Under the pieces are notes generated by a model. It did not search any database. It had not been told where the DNA came from and saw nothing but the letters and a program-made list of their open reading frames with translations. From the NCBI GenBank assembly GCA_016748015.1, contig JAAOMT010000603.1, forward strand, positions 215,008 to 279,007: DNA of 64,000 nt. Reading direction: 5' to 3'. This DNA is from Geosiphon pyriformis uo1. Taxonomy: Eukaryota > Fungi > Glomeromycota. The number at the start of each line of letters is the position of its first letter. The stretch's first letter is position 1. The translations under genes and the position numbers were made by a program. Shown in pieces: positions 13,481 through 36,450 of this stretch.

Positions 13481-15576
13481 AAAAATTTTTATTTTATTGT
13501 TTTTAATAATATTTAAAAAACAATTTTTAATTATCAAAAATTTTTTAAATAAATAGTATTTACTTTAATACTTAGTGTTATTTTTAAAATTAAATTAGCT
13601 TTTATTAATTTTTTGTTTAATTTATTGTTTGGCTTTGTTAAGTTTAAATCAATTTTAAAAAACAATATTAAGTTGTTTTATATAGATTTTGCTTTTAATG
13701 TTTTTTAGTTATTGTTATTAAAATTTTTTTTAATAATTTTTTTTTCTTAACTATACTTAAAATTACAAAGTTTTTTGTAATAAATTTTGTTTTTATTTTT
13801 TTTTTATTGTATTTTGTAATGTTTTTTTTAACATATTTTTTAATATTATTAAAAATACTCTTAGTGTTTTTTGTTATTATTTTGGTTAAATTAAAGTTTA
13901 TTAACTTATAATAATATGTTATTGTTTATTTTAAAAAAAAATTTTAATTGTTATTGTTTTTGTTTATTGATTTATACTAATAAAAAAAGAAAGTATTAGA
14001 ATTTTTTTTGTTTAACCAAAAAAATTATTATTTTAAAAAATATTTTTAAGACTAAATTAATTAATTTTTTTTTAACTATACTGCTTTTGAAATTAGTAAT
14101 TTGATTTTTTAAGTTAGTAATTATATTTATTTATTTTTTGTTCTTTTAATTTTTATTATTGTTAATGTTTTGCTATTATAATCTTTAAATTTTTAGAAAT
14201 TTTAAATCTTACTATATTAAAAATTAATATATTATATAAATATTGTATTTAATAAAAAACTTTTAAATATTAATATTACTAAAAATATTAGAATTTTAAT
14301 TTGGTTATTTTAATTAAGTTTATTAGTTATTTTAATTATTTCTTTTTGGTTAAAAATATATACAAAAATCTTAAAATACTTTTTTTTTGGTTTTTATAGA
14401 ATATATTATTAAGAATTTTATTACTATTTTGGCTAGTTTGTTTAAAAACTTTGCTAATTTTAAAGCTAAAATAGAATTTATTAACATAAATTATAAAAAT
14501 TTAAATACTATTAAAAATATTTTTTAAATAGCTTAATTATTAATTATTTAATAGCTTTATGACAAATAAATAATCTTAATATTAAGTATAATATTAAAAA
14601 AACCAGAGATTTTATAAGTTGAATTTTTTTTTGTTTTTTTTAATTTAGCTTAGATTAATTTAAGTAGTTAATTATATGTAAAAAGCATTTAATTTGAATT
14701 TTACAATAAGTATATTATATTAAATAGTAATTAAATTATATTTTATTAAAACATAATAAAAAAATCAGTTATTATTTTATAATATAAGTTTTAATAATAA
14801 AAAAATTATTATAATTAATTATACAAAAACCAAAGTTTATAATATTTTAATAAAATTTATTTTAAATAATAAATTTGTTAAAAATATTATAATTTTTTAA
14901 TTAATTAGCCAACTAAATTTTATAGTTAATTAAAATACTATAATTTAAAAAATTATAATATATAAAAATACAAAATTATTATATTTACAAAAATATTAAG
15001 AATAAATATTAAAAATAAATCTTAATAAATAATAATTGGTTTACAAAAAAAATTATTTTAAACTAAATTATATAAAAATTACAAATTAATTATTAAAATT
15101 AACATATCTGAATTTTAATAATATATAATTATTTTACCAAAATTATTATTAATAAACAATTTATTTTTAAGTTTAAAAAATCCAAATATTGTTAATTATT
15201 AAAACATTTTAAGTTTTATAAACTAATAATTAAAAACCAAAATTATTATTAATATTAATTTTAAAAACAAAAAAAAACAACCAAATTAAATAATAGTAAT
15301 TTTATAATAATATAATTAATATTACCAATAACTTAAAATTAAAATATTTAATTTATCAAAAAATATTATTATTAATAATTATTTATATTGTATTTTACAA
15401 AAACTTATTTAATTTCAATATTTTTTATAATAATAAATAATATAATAAAACTTTATTTTATTAATTATATTTGATTAAAAATATTTGTTTTTGTAAATTA
15501 AATTTATTTTTAATATATAGATTATTATTTTGTTATTATATATATATTATAAAATATATTTTTTAAAAGAAAAAAG

Positions 15577-19874
<4,298 letters not shown>

Positions 19875-20916
19875 TTATGGCAAAGCGGTGGATTGGTACT
19901 CGCTTGGTGTTTTAATCTTCGAAATGTTAGCCGGGTACCCACCATTCTACGATGATGATCATATGCGACTTTATGAAAAGATACTAGGTGGTCGAATAAA
20001 ATATCCAGGATATTTTGAACCTGCTGCTAAAGAATTATTAAAACGATTATTAACGGCCGATCTTACCAAAAGATATGGAAATCTGAAGGGTGGCAGCGAA
20101 GATATTAAACGACATAATTGGTTCAGGGGTGTTGATTGGGATCGTGTCTTAAGGCGAGAGATTCAGGCTCCTTATATACCAAATGTGAGTGGGGAAGGTG
20201 ACTCGAGCAATTTTGATTTGTACCCTGAAGAACGTGAACCTTATGGGGAGCCTTCCACTGACAAGTATCGTGAAAAATTCCCGAGTTTCTGATTCGGGAC
20301 TCTGAGGAAATGATGATTCACGCTCGAGAGAATTCTAAGAAAAAAAAGATGATGTTGACCAAGGAAAAATTTAACTGGAAAGTTTTATTTCCTGATTGTC
20401 TAAACGCTTATGAGGAAGAAGGGAAAACCCTTTCTATTGCCAGTTCAGAAACCCAACTAATCTACTGCGTAGAATTTCAGATTTACTGAATTAAAAGGGC
20501 AATTTTATAATTTATAAAGCCTCAAAATGAACTTTTGTTCAATATGTGTATACCAGCCGTAATTTTTGTATTATTTATTTCAATGAAATAGTAGCAAAAG
20601 ATCAGCTACGATATCATTTCAATCTACATTTTGGAAGATGGAAGTAATTGCATGACCAAAAATTTGAAAAGGGCAAAGTAAATAAAATATGAATCCTAGT
20701 AATATCTTGTGGGTATTTGGTTGGCAAGCTTAAATTTGGAAAGTATCCCAAGACTCGTATCTACACTTCCAAATAAGCATTTCTTGAATTGGAATCACAT
20801 CAATATATATCTGAATTTTCAGGACGCCCTTCCTTCGATGTATAACGCTCTTTAACCACCTATGTCTTAAATGAAAACCATCATCAAATCATATACCGTT
20901 ATCAGGCTGGCATAGA

Positions 20917-21647
20917 TTAACGAGGTGCAGGTGTCGGTTGTTGAGCTTCCCTACGCGCAGCATCCTGTAACAAAGCAGTATCAACTGCACTCGCTGGAAG
21001 TTTCACATACCGAACTACTGATCCACGTATGAAGCAATTCTTTACGGCCATCTAGGGTAAAGCCCAGAGCATGTTTCCACCGTAGTATTAGAAAAATAAA
21101 ACTAAGCACAAAAAATAAAATTACGAACAAAGAAACATTTGAAATCTACCATATGAGGATACTTGAGCTCCTCCATTACGTGAATATCGTCCAGTTTAAT
21201 ATTTAAGAATTGATCTACAGATACCAGGATCCCAGTAATTGCTAGGTCATTTTTGAGTTCCACAGTCACCTGTTGACCCACAAGTGTTTTAAAGAATGAA
21301 TAAAACAACTGTGTGTATTAGGGTTTGGCGGACGATTGTAGAAAAAGATCTTATTAGCCAGAGTATGAAAAGAAAAACATATCAATCAATAAAGAGCATA
21401 ATAGCCGGAACACACGAGTATTTAGTTAAGATAACGGAAAATTGATGTATGATGTTTCTGCAACTTTATTAATAAAAAAACAACTGCGAAAGCCAAAGTT
21501 TTTTTTAAACTTTCAGAATGTTGCGAATGCGTAAAATTGTAACTGTAATTTCCTATTTCCACGAATTTGCAAAAGGCAGATTTTAAACCTAAACCCCTCA
21601 ACCGCACAATAAAATAAAAATTCAAGAATTATTACTCACATTACCAT
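20917..21647 (-). CDS. LSM2: Sm-like protein LSm2
   Basis: LFYSFFKTLVGQQVTVELKNDL...KYPHM|MAVKNCFIRGSVVRYV. The ATG is probably alone on exon 1 (AAAATG|GTAATG at 21647-21645); this start is less certain. Confidence 0.9.
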
Positions 21648-21867
21648 TTTTGAGAAAGAAAATATAGATTTGTAAAGCTTGTAGATTGTTTATTTCAAAA
21701 GTTTTACGGGTCAATATTAAATTTTGAGGTGGCGTAGGAGCAAATTGATATAGCAGAGTAACACAGGGATACTTTGTCCAAGAATGTGGCTGATAAAGAC
21801 AGGTTTTTTATAAATTGTAGATTTCGTTCCATTATCCGTAATAAATTAATACTGTCCTAATAATTCC

Positions 21868-23011
21868 ATGAATCCCGAGGTATTTCCGATCGATTTGGTA
21901 AGTTCTTTTTGCATCCTTTCTTGTGACCGCAACTTATTAAACTTATCAATTTATCACCAGACGGTAGACCGTGATCTCGTCGGAGGTGTTTTACGCGGTT
22001 GGTTATGCAGTTATCTCTATTGTCTTTCTGATATAGAGGGATTGAGTTTTCTACAGGAATATATGCATGAACCATCGCTTTCTCGCATGCTTTCATGTGC
22101 CCAATATAAATAGCAATCCTACATACTATCCTGTTCTATCGCGTTTATACAAACGTAAAACCAAAAGACGTGGATTTTTTGGAGATAACCTATGTAAAAT
22201 ATCCGAATCTTGTCTCTTGTTGATTCTTCTTGAACCATCAATCTCCAATTGGTTGTTTGAATAAGCAGCTATTCTTGGTTCATGTATATTATTACTGTTC
22301 AAGGATTAGTATAGGATATTAGAGGAAAGTTTTCTGAATAACTCGAATAATTCAATTAAAGGCGGCGATCGATGATCCCGAAATCGAGAAGGAAGTAAAT
22401 GAGAAAGTGAAACAATTTGAGCGTAATCTCGAAAGTCATGCTAGCCAAAAGGGCCAGGTTTGTTAGTGCATCGAAATTTCATAAATATCTATCCCGTTTT
22501 TGGGATTGGTAAGTAGTATATCTTCAAGAAAAACGAGGAATTTAACACTTCTCCAAAGATTGCCGTAATGTTTCACGAAAAACGTACCAAAAAAGCTTGG
22601 TTTTCCAAATCCGAAGAGGAAATCTGCTGGGAACAGTGGGCCATTACTATAAAAACTATAGTATGCCGCAGAGAAATTGGTATAATTTTTTTGCCAATTT
22701 TCTTCCCAGTTTCAAATATCAAATTTTAATATTATAGTCTCAACTTTTTTAGATCAATTGAAAATGCGAAAAGATATGAATAAACAATTGAATTATTGTC
22801 TTCTTAACATTATACGTTTTGTAAATGAAAAAAAGGATCATATTCCCCCCATTACCGAGGATAATAAGAAGAACCCATTCCCTTATCAGGTACACTTCCC
22901 ATTTTGATCATTGAATATTGTCACGTTGTCTTGTGAATCATGATGTCCTCTTAGATCGTTATACCTGCAACCGATGACTCCTGGGGCTCGATGTTGAAGA
23001 GGATGCTTTAA
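21868..23011 (+). CDS. ATG101: Autophagy-related protein 101 (HORMA domain), 7 exons
   Basis: Spliced by eye: MNPEVFPIDL|TVDRDLVGGVLRA|ILHTILFYRV...|AAIDDPEIEK...|IAVMFHEKRTKKAWFSKSEEEICWEQW...|KKDHIPPIT...PFPYQ|IVIP. Includes the WF finger and WEQW motif. Confidence 0.85.
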
Positions 23012-23473
23012 AATTCATGTTTAGAACAACTTCCTTCCATATTTGCCTTTTTGTTAGAATGAAATTCTAGACCATGCCTCCCGTATTATTTTGAATTTTT
23101 GTTTTCTCAATTGATAATCATAATTTATTCATCATTAACACCCTCTGAGAGAATGTAAAAGAAATCCGAAGGTTTTTCTCATTCGAAACACAAACGAATA
23201 CTCTGGTCGCCTTATTTGCACTTATCTCATAATTGGTTGTTTCGTATCATATCCTTGTCCTAGACAGAGCAAACACATTGGATTTTTGGAACTTTGAACT
23301 ATACCAATCAACAATCCATGCATGTATGTTTTTGATAAGGATAGAAACGGTGCTATATCGCCCGTTTTTCTTTTCGAGAATTTAGCTACTAAATTATATA
23401 TTAGTATATAGCTTAAAAGGCTGAAAAGATTGAGGGACTGGAGGAATAAGGTTCCGTAGCAAAAGAATTGGTT

Positions 23474-26297
23474 TCACCCGAAATTGCTTCGACGTTCTTC
23501 TGCTTTTCTATTGCGCACTGTATCCAAAGCATTCTGAGTTTCTCGAATTCGATCAGACATTTGGCTAGCAGTTTGATCAATCCATTGTAGTGATATTAAA
23601 TGGGCGTTGAGAATTTTGACAACTTCCTCAACCTATAAAATCGGATTTGATTAATAATGAAGAGTTCATGATAGAATTTATGAATCACAATTGCCAATAT
23701 TATTACAGCATCATCTTCTGCGTCTTCCATAATTCCTTCATTGTCGGGATCGTTTGAAACATTATCTATCCCAAAAGAAGTGTTCCGATTGATGTCAGTG
23801 ATAATTGTCGACAACTGTTGACTCATCGAAACCAAATCACGATTAATAGTTTCAGCGAGCTTATAACTGTTTATGACAAAATGAAGTAATTCTTAGTGAA
23901 CTTTTAACGATGATAATAAAAATATTCGCTTCCGCAATAAAACAAACGTTTTTTCTCTGGCCTTATCGGCCTTATTCTCTTTTGGAGCCTCATAATGCCT
24001 GGATTCGTAGTGTTGTAATAACTTTTCCATCTCTTGTTGCTTTTGTTCGAAATTTGCCAAGCTGATTTCAATTTCTCTTTGAATACCGTTGGCCTGTTCA
24101 ATTTGTGCAACCAAATTAACCACCTTAAAGGGGTTTTTGAAAAATCAATAGGTTGATTCACATTGGGACAATAAATTATTATTGAAAACATGTCTTTTTT
24201 TTTTGCGACTTACCCTTCCATTATTTTCCATTACTTTTAAATCCCATTCTGCAACCTCAACTGCCTGATTATGAAAAGTACGTTGACAATCTGTCAAATC
24301 CTTTGACCATCGATTGATCATATCACTAATGGATGCATTCTGTAACCAGGTGGAGACTTCAGGAGTCGACGGAGCAGTCACTTTTGAGGGAGTAACGGTA
24401 GTGGTAAGAGTAGGAGCAGCAGCAGTAGTTTTGGCAGGAAGAATCGCAGCAGCAGTGCTAGCTGCTGCTGAGGTAGCTGTTTGGATTGTGGGGAGGGTTG
24501 AACCTGATTTATTGGTTGTTTCTGTTGGGATGAGATTTGATAATCCTGAAGAAACTGTCGTGGTTCCTGCCTGAGTTGTGGAAGTTATGTTAAATGGTGT
24601 TGCAGTGGTAGTCGAGGGTATTAATGGTGCGGTGAGGAGACCCGAGGGAGGCTTTTTCGTTGGATCAGCTTGTCAAGATCAAAAGGTTACCAGTAAAATT
24701 AAATTATGGTGCATGCAGGAACTTATGTAAAATTAAATTGATAAGGGCACTGATTACCTGATGCTGTGACTTGTGTTGTCGCTGGCAAAGCTGCTTTTGC
24801 TTCCTTATTAAAGGTGAGATTGTTGGATGATGAGGTGTTGCTAGTAGCCCCATTCGCGACCCCTAAACGGGAAAAAATACTTTCCTTTTGAGCAGTGGGG
24901 GCTGGGGGCACAGATGTAGATGCCGCAGTATCCTTTGTTTGAGCTCCAAAAGGAGTTTTCTGATCAGATACAAAAGAGCTGAAACCTAATGAAGAACCTG
25001 CTGTAGTTGCTGATGAAGGCTTGTTTCCTAATCCTGCTAAGCTATTGAATCCAGCAGAATTTTGAGATGAAGAGGCTAAGTTGAAGACACCAGACGTAAA
25101 CGATGTGTTATCTTTGTTATTATCGGTACTGGGTTGTTTATTTAGCAATGTACCGAAAGATGAGTTAGTAGATAATTTTGAAGTGGTCTGATTAGGATGA
25201 GAGAGAACAGGAAATCCGGTAAAGGGTTTGGATTCAGGTTTGGAAACAGATGGTACAGTAGATGCACTAGAGTCTGATTTACTGAGAGTTCCAAATCCCA
25301 AAAAATCACTACCAGTTCCAAACGTAGAAGATTCAGTTGAAGTCGGAGCTACTGACGCTCCAAACTTTGATTGAAACGCGGAAGATCCTGCGGAAGTTTG
25401 CGCTGAAACACCAAACGCATTAGGAAAAGCCAATGCCCCGGTGGTCCCAGTTGAGGTTGTTGTTGAGTTGGAGGTATTAGTCGAAGGAAATGTAGATGCC
25501 TTGCCAAAACCAAAGCCAAGATTAGGAGCACTCGTGCTTGCAGCAGCACCAAAAGAGAGAGTACTTGTCCCTGAAGCTCCAATTGATGGTTTATTTGCTT
25601 GAGCAAAGAAGGATGATGTAGTTGCTGGAACACCCGAAATTGAGTTGGTTGGTTGAGCACCAAATAAAGATGACTTAGTTGCTGAAGGGACACCAAAGCC
25701 ACTGGCACTTGGTGCTCCCGTAGTAGAAGCAGCAGCAGCAGTAGAGGGTGTGCCAAACGCAACCGGAGCATTCGATGCTGGGGCACCGAAAGCAGACGTA
25801 TTAGAGCCTTGTGATGGAAAAAATGACGAAGGCCCTTTGTTTGTTTGGGAACCAAAAAGGGAACCATCATTTACTACCGGAGAGCCGAAAAGTGATGGGG
25901 TAGTGCCTGTTGAACCGAAGGTCGAAGAGCCCCCACCTAGGGGCTTAAATCCGCCCTCTTTGCTACTAAAAATTCCTGTGTTCGCCGACTGCGTAGCATT
26001 TGAAGAATCAGAAGCTCCGAATAAATGTGTACTTGGGCCTTGTTGAGCTGGTGCATTAAAAGGTGCAGAATAACCCCACACGAGTTTCGAGTTTGTAGTT
26101 GCTTGTGCTGTTTGGTTATTTGCGGCATTACTTTGCCCTAATGACGGAGTGACACTTTGCCCTGGTGCTGATCCTAAGGAAAAATTTGTATTAAAATATA
26201 GTTTCAAACGGTGACAACTTCTATAGCCATAAAATTCACCCCATTGCGATTTTGTTGCCGAATCAGCGTTCGAGTTATTGTTCGGGTTGAAGGACAT
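23474..26297 (-). CDS. NSP1: FG-repeat nucleoporin Nsp1/Nup62
   Basis: Long S/T/A-rich FG-repeat N-terminus. C-terminal coiled coil INRWSKDL...FHNQAVEVAEWD and VVKILNAHLISLQWID. Multi-exon. Confidence 0.88.
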
Positions 26298-26823
26298 ATT
26301 TGGAAAAATTCAAGCAGAGTAGTTGAGCACGGCCTTGAAATTTAATAGCAAGCTTTTTTCAAAATAATAAATAATGATCTACCACATCAAACAAATCTTA
26401 TCTGATAAAGTTTTTACTCTATTTAGATAAAGAAACTTGTTTATTAACTAAAATTGTTTCAACTTTGATGCCAACTTTATGTAAATGATTGAACCAGAAT
26501 TTTCTTGTAAACATTTGGGTGACATTAGCAACATAGGGTGATAACATCTCTCAAATATCACTGTATTTTAATCCTCACCTCATGATCGGTCAGACCAAAA
26601 GGTTTTGATCTTTATCCTGCGGTATTAGCATAGCAAGAAGATGCAATTTCCATGTTCTAATCAGAGTGAACAGGAAATTTGCAAACTCTTGTAAAAAGAC
26701 TTGAGATGGAGGGAGGTAAAGGTGGTCTCTGGAATGAAATTATAGTCTATTGAAGTTTAGTAGTTTTTGCTACGAACCATTTTCAAGAGTTAATTATCTA
26801 TTAGCCATATGCCCAAAGGTGTT

Positions 26824-31837
<5,014 letters not shown>

Positions 31838-33533
31838 TCTTGAGATGAATTGACGACTCGAAATATATGGTATACTGTAACAAAATCAGAAAGTCAAAAA
31901 ATTGTTGATCATAATATATTATTTACTGAGTCAATATATTATGGGCCACCTTTAGTCTACCGTCAACAATTTAGTCATTTTCTGAATAGCAAAGACCAAG
32001 AATACGATTGATATGCCCGCAGCCTCATAACTATAATGAGCTGGAAGAAACACCCACACAAGCGGGCTGGCAAGGCTTTTGCTTCAACCTCTCTAGGTAA
32101 TAGACGAGTCTGAAGAGTGACAGCTTTTTGGAGGGGGTGATTTCGTCCTTGTGACCTGTCTCGGTGGTTTAATATTTAGTGGATTATCTTTTCGTCGGCT
32201 TTACTAACTAAACATTCTATCATTAATAGAATCAAAAGAAATGGGAGCTGGGTAAATGTTAGATTAATGGAAAAGCGGCAGTTGGTAGCCATAGGTGAGC
32301 GCACAGCTTTCACAGTACGAAGTATTTGATCGGTCGATATGTCGAAGGATATGGGATGATTGAAATACTTAAATTTTCACCTCCTTTTTGCACTTTTTTT
32401 ATCGCAGGAGGGACATATTAGTGCCATTCTGTGTTCAAATTTTCAACAACAGATTCCCCAAAGGTTAGAGGATACGGACTTTGGTTTGGAAGATCTTAGT
32501 TCATCCAAACTTAACGAAATTAATGAACAACATTGATTTACTCAAAGATAACAATTAAATTTATTATGACCGCTTTTTCAATTAGCACAAACTTGAACAG
32601 GGAAATATATAACTCCTTATGCTTCAGATCCATTGGACACTTTCGCCTTTACAAGCACTTAACCGATGAAGAGCAAAACCATAATTAGAAATTCGTTGAA
32701 TAAACTATAATCAAACTGAGGAGTTTAGAAAATATGGCAATCAGTTTACAGAAGATGTACGTGAAAGAGCTCAGATTCGATTCTTATTCCCAGGTCCTTT
32801 GTCCAGAGTAGATTTGATTCCCATTACCATGATATCGCCCAACAAGTCCTTACACATTGGAAGCATCCTTGTGGATATTGGCCAATATCTAATATTTTAC
32901 TGAAATTTCTGTAAAAAATTCTGTCCGCTTAGAAGCACCAACGAGTCATGAATCCAAGTGGTTTGGTCTTGAAAGAACATTTACGATAGATGCCATAGTG
33001 TATATTCTGAATTGTTAATGAATACTCAAACATTTTTGTTAAATATTATTGGTGACTATATGTTTCATCCTCACGTTCTGGATCACCATTGATTTAATTC
33101 TATTGACTTACAAGGAAAGACCTCTGGAAGTTTATCATATATATGTATTCAGTGTTGTTGTGAATAAACAATTCCTGTCAAACACCTTACACAAGCATGA
33201 ACAATTTAATATTCTAGATGACCTTTTTTTCATTCCAAGTATAATCCTACTTTGAGATTATATCATACCTTAACCAAATCGCCCAATACACATTCTTTGA
33301 AATGGAACAAATAATCCTACGATATTAGGACAAGAAAAACTTGCTTAAGCGTTTTGCTGTATAGCATATTTAAGATTTTCAAAATTTCTAGACTCCCTAA
33401 TGCTAAAATTAAGAATATTAAACTTTACCGCACGATTAAGAATAATATTATCTAACGACCAAAGGGCCTCATAAAATGAATATCAAGTACGTGAATCTAT
33501 CTTGGCAAATGAAAATTCATTATTCCCGATCGT

Positions 33534-35583
33534 TCAGGCCTTAGAATGAGAACTTTTTTTCTTTCCCGTAGTCTGAGGCTTAACCTCATGATATGAAGGA
33601 ACCAAATGGTTGATTATAGCGATCAAATCTTTGTTAACTTCAAGAACATCTTTGATCTTTTTCATTTCTTGATTATTATTGGATGATTGGAGATTAAAAC
33701 GGCAAGTGGGGCACTTTCCATCATTATTTTCTAGCGCACGTTCAAGGCATACTCTACATGCGTTATGCTCACATGGAGTCGTAACAGGAAATTTTGCCAT
33801 TTCTTGGCACACAGGGCACATGAATTCTTCGCGAACTTTATCGATAAATTCTGCTTCATTTGTAGTTTCTGCTTCAAGGACAAGGGCCCAAGCCCGAGTG
33901 TTACGTTTGTCATTTTTAATCAGCGTTTTCAATTTTGTTGTGGGGTTGTATTTATTGAGTTTGATTTTCTTTTGAAATATATTTTCCGAGGATTCAGCCA
34001 ATTCATCACTACTATCTGCCTTAAGGTCCTTACGCTTAGTGCTAGTCTTTGAACCTTTTTCTTTTTTATCTTCAGGAACGTACATTTCTAGGCCAAGTTT
34101 TTTGACTCGAGCTTTACCCTCGAGAGTCCAAGGAGCTGGCTCATCATCATCACGGCGCATTCGGTAACGCCATACATAGAATTTGTTTTTTCCTTTTTCA
34201 CGCCAATACTAAGCATATTCAAAAAATAGAAAAAATAATACATAGAAATGATCTTTACAGGATTCCTTTGAAGAAACTTAAAAACAGGGCAAGGAGATTA
34301 CCTCCACCAATTTATATAAGCCATCGTAACGACATCCCTCTTTTGGGGCATATTTTGGGTTGTGTTTATTTAACCCATGCCCGCGTACAACTCTAATCGG
34401 CTGACTTTTACGCCAGTCCTTAGCTTTGGCACCTGTTTTTTCATTGATCGAGGCATTACAGGTGCGAGCGAGTGCTAAATTAGTTAATTTCAATTCTTGA
34501 TCTTTAGACTGTTCATTGGTCCTCTTATTTCCTGAGAGATCCCTGCCACCGGCTCCCGTATAAGTAAATTCCTCGCCATTATCTACATCTTCTGGATAAC
34601 CCCCACTCAACACGAGTGAAACAGCCCCTTGTTGTGAACTACCAGCGATTCCAGCAACATGAGGTCTATGGACTCCTGCTTCCGAGCAGTTGATTCGATA
34701 AAGCCATGAAGAACCAACTGGAATACCGGGAATTTTGCCAACGTGATCTTTATCAACAATAGTACAGGTTTTTGATCGGCCAACACAAGCCATACCACCA
34801 CCCCATTGTTTGGTTTGTGTCGCTGAAGCCATTTTTGCCTTTTTGGTCTTTGAAATATCTAATTTTTTTCCAGCAGTTAATACTTCTTGATCATCATGTC
34901 TACATTGGGAGCAATACCTTGGTAGAAAAAATTAATAAATGAATAATAATTTATCAATTTTATTGCAATTAGAAAAAGTTCAAAGGTACATACCAGTCAT
35001 CGGGTGGTAGTACAGTGATTTCTGGTTTTAAACAAGCCCAGTGGAAATAACTTTCACATTCGTCGCAGACTATTGTATGTTCCTCATCATCTTTCTTTCC
35101 GCATACGCTGCAGCCGCATTCTTTACAATTTTTTTTAGGATTATTTTTGCATCGATTACAAAAATAATCCTCTTCGGGTACTTCTTCAGAGTTGACAGGA
35201 GCTGCAACAGTTACATAAACTTCTGAAGGGTGCAAAGACACGTTCGATACCCCTATTTCAACTCCAGATGGCTCTTCAATTTTTTCGGGTTCCAACTGCT
35301 GACTTGGGCAAAAATCTTCAGTTTTGTCAATTCTTACGTGACTCTCCTCGGTCACCTCAGCTTTTAGGGAGACGAGTACAATATTTCCATTTTTGATATC
35401 ATATTCAAAAAGTGTATTTCCATCTTCGAGTTGCTTCCCGCCAAAAAATAGGCGGAGACGATGGACCGGATAATCTTTTTCGCCCAAAGCTTTTGAAATA
35501 TAAGGTCGCACTTCACTCACGTCTTGGGTAAACTTGGCTTCAATTTTTTCTCGCTTACCTTCAGCGACCACTGTGAAATACAT
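33534..35583 (-). CDS. UHRF1: UHRF1-like E3 ligase (UBL-PHD-SRA-RING), 3 exons
   Basis: UBL ([20 protein letters not shown]), pre-PHD/PHD ([24 protein letters not shown]), SRA ([38 protein letters not shown]) and RING ([20 protein letters not shown]). Introns 34993-34918 and 34301-34209. Confidence 0.92.
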
Positions 35584-35769
35584 ATTTTAGAAAAGAATAC
35601 TCTACCTTAAACAAATTTCTCGAAAGTTGACGATAGTTCAGTTTTTGTTATAATGTTACGCGTATCTTTCATCTTATTTTTTACGTGTACCAATTTTAGT
35701 AACCGATGAAAAGATTTTTGATGATCAGTCCGAAATTTGGAAATTAAATATTTATTCAATATAAACTTT

Positions 35770-36450
35770 CTAAAATACTATCCGGAATTCTCTGGCATAA
35801 CGTTTGGCTGCTTCTTAATATCTATCAATAAAATTTAGTTCACAATGAAGTTTAGGATATGTGTTCTGCTTTTTCAATTACTTCTGCATGCATAACAAAA
35901 AGTGTTTTTGTTTTTGCATTCTTTGCATTCTTTGCATTTAGCCAAATGTCTTTCTAATGGCCATTTTTCTCTTTTTAATAAAACTTGATGGATTCCTTTA
36001 GGTTGTTTTCTTAATTTTTCATTAGAATAATTTAATGAAAATACCATGAATTAATATCGATTATTTGGTTCAAAAATATGTATCATGCATTTCTGGTTGT
36101 TTTTCACCAGATTTAAGACCTATTTACTGTGCTATTAAAGCATTTTTTTGGTATGTTGCATGATTTGAACTGTTATTAAAAGTAAAACACTTATACAATT
36201 TAAATAAAGCACTTTAATTAAATATTTAATTTAATATTAATTATTATCTTTTTCTGGCTTTAAATAACAACATCTTTTTTTGAAAATGTTGGATGATTTT
36301 GAATATTAACAAGTTTAAGTTATAGTTTTTATTTACTTTTATAAAAAATTTATTGACCATAATTAATCTTTTGTTTTGTGTTTTAAATAATAACAATTTT
36401 TTATTTTTTGCTCGAATTTATTTTTTGTTAATATTAAAATAGCATATATA
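35770..36450 (-). mobile_element. Degenerate DDE (IS630/Tc1-like) transposase remnant
   Basis: Hand translation gives FTFNNSSNHATY..NALIA, KQPEMHDTYF, QPKGIHQVL and PKLHCELNFIDRY*EAAKRYARE, resembling fungal PKFHCELNxIExYW transposases. Stops and frameshifts present. Confidence 0.7.
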
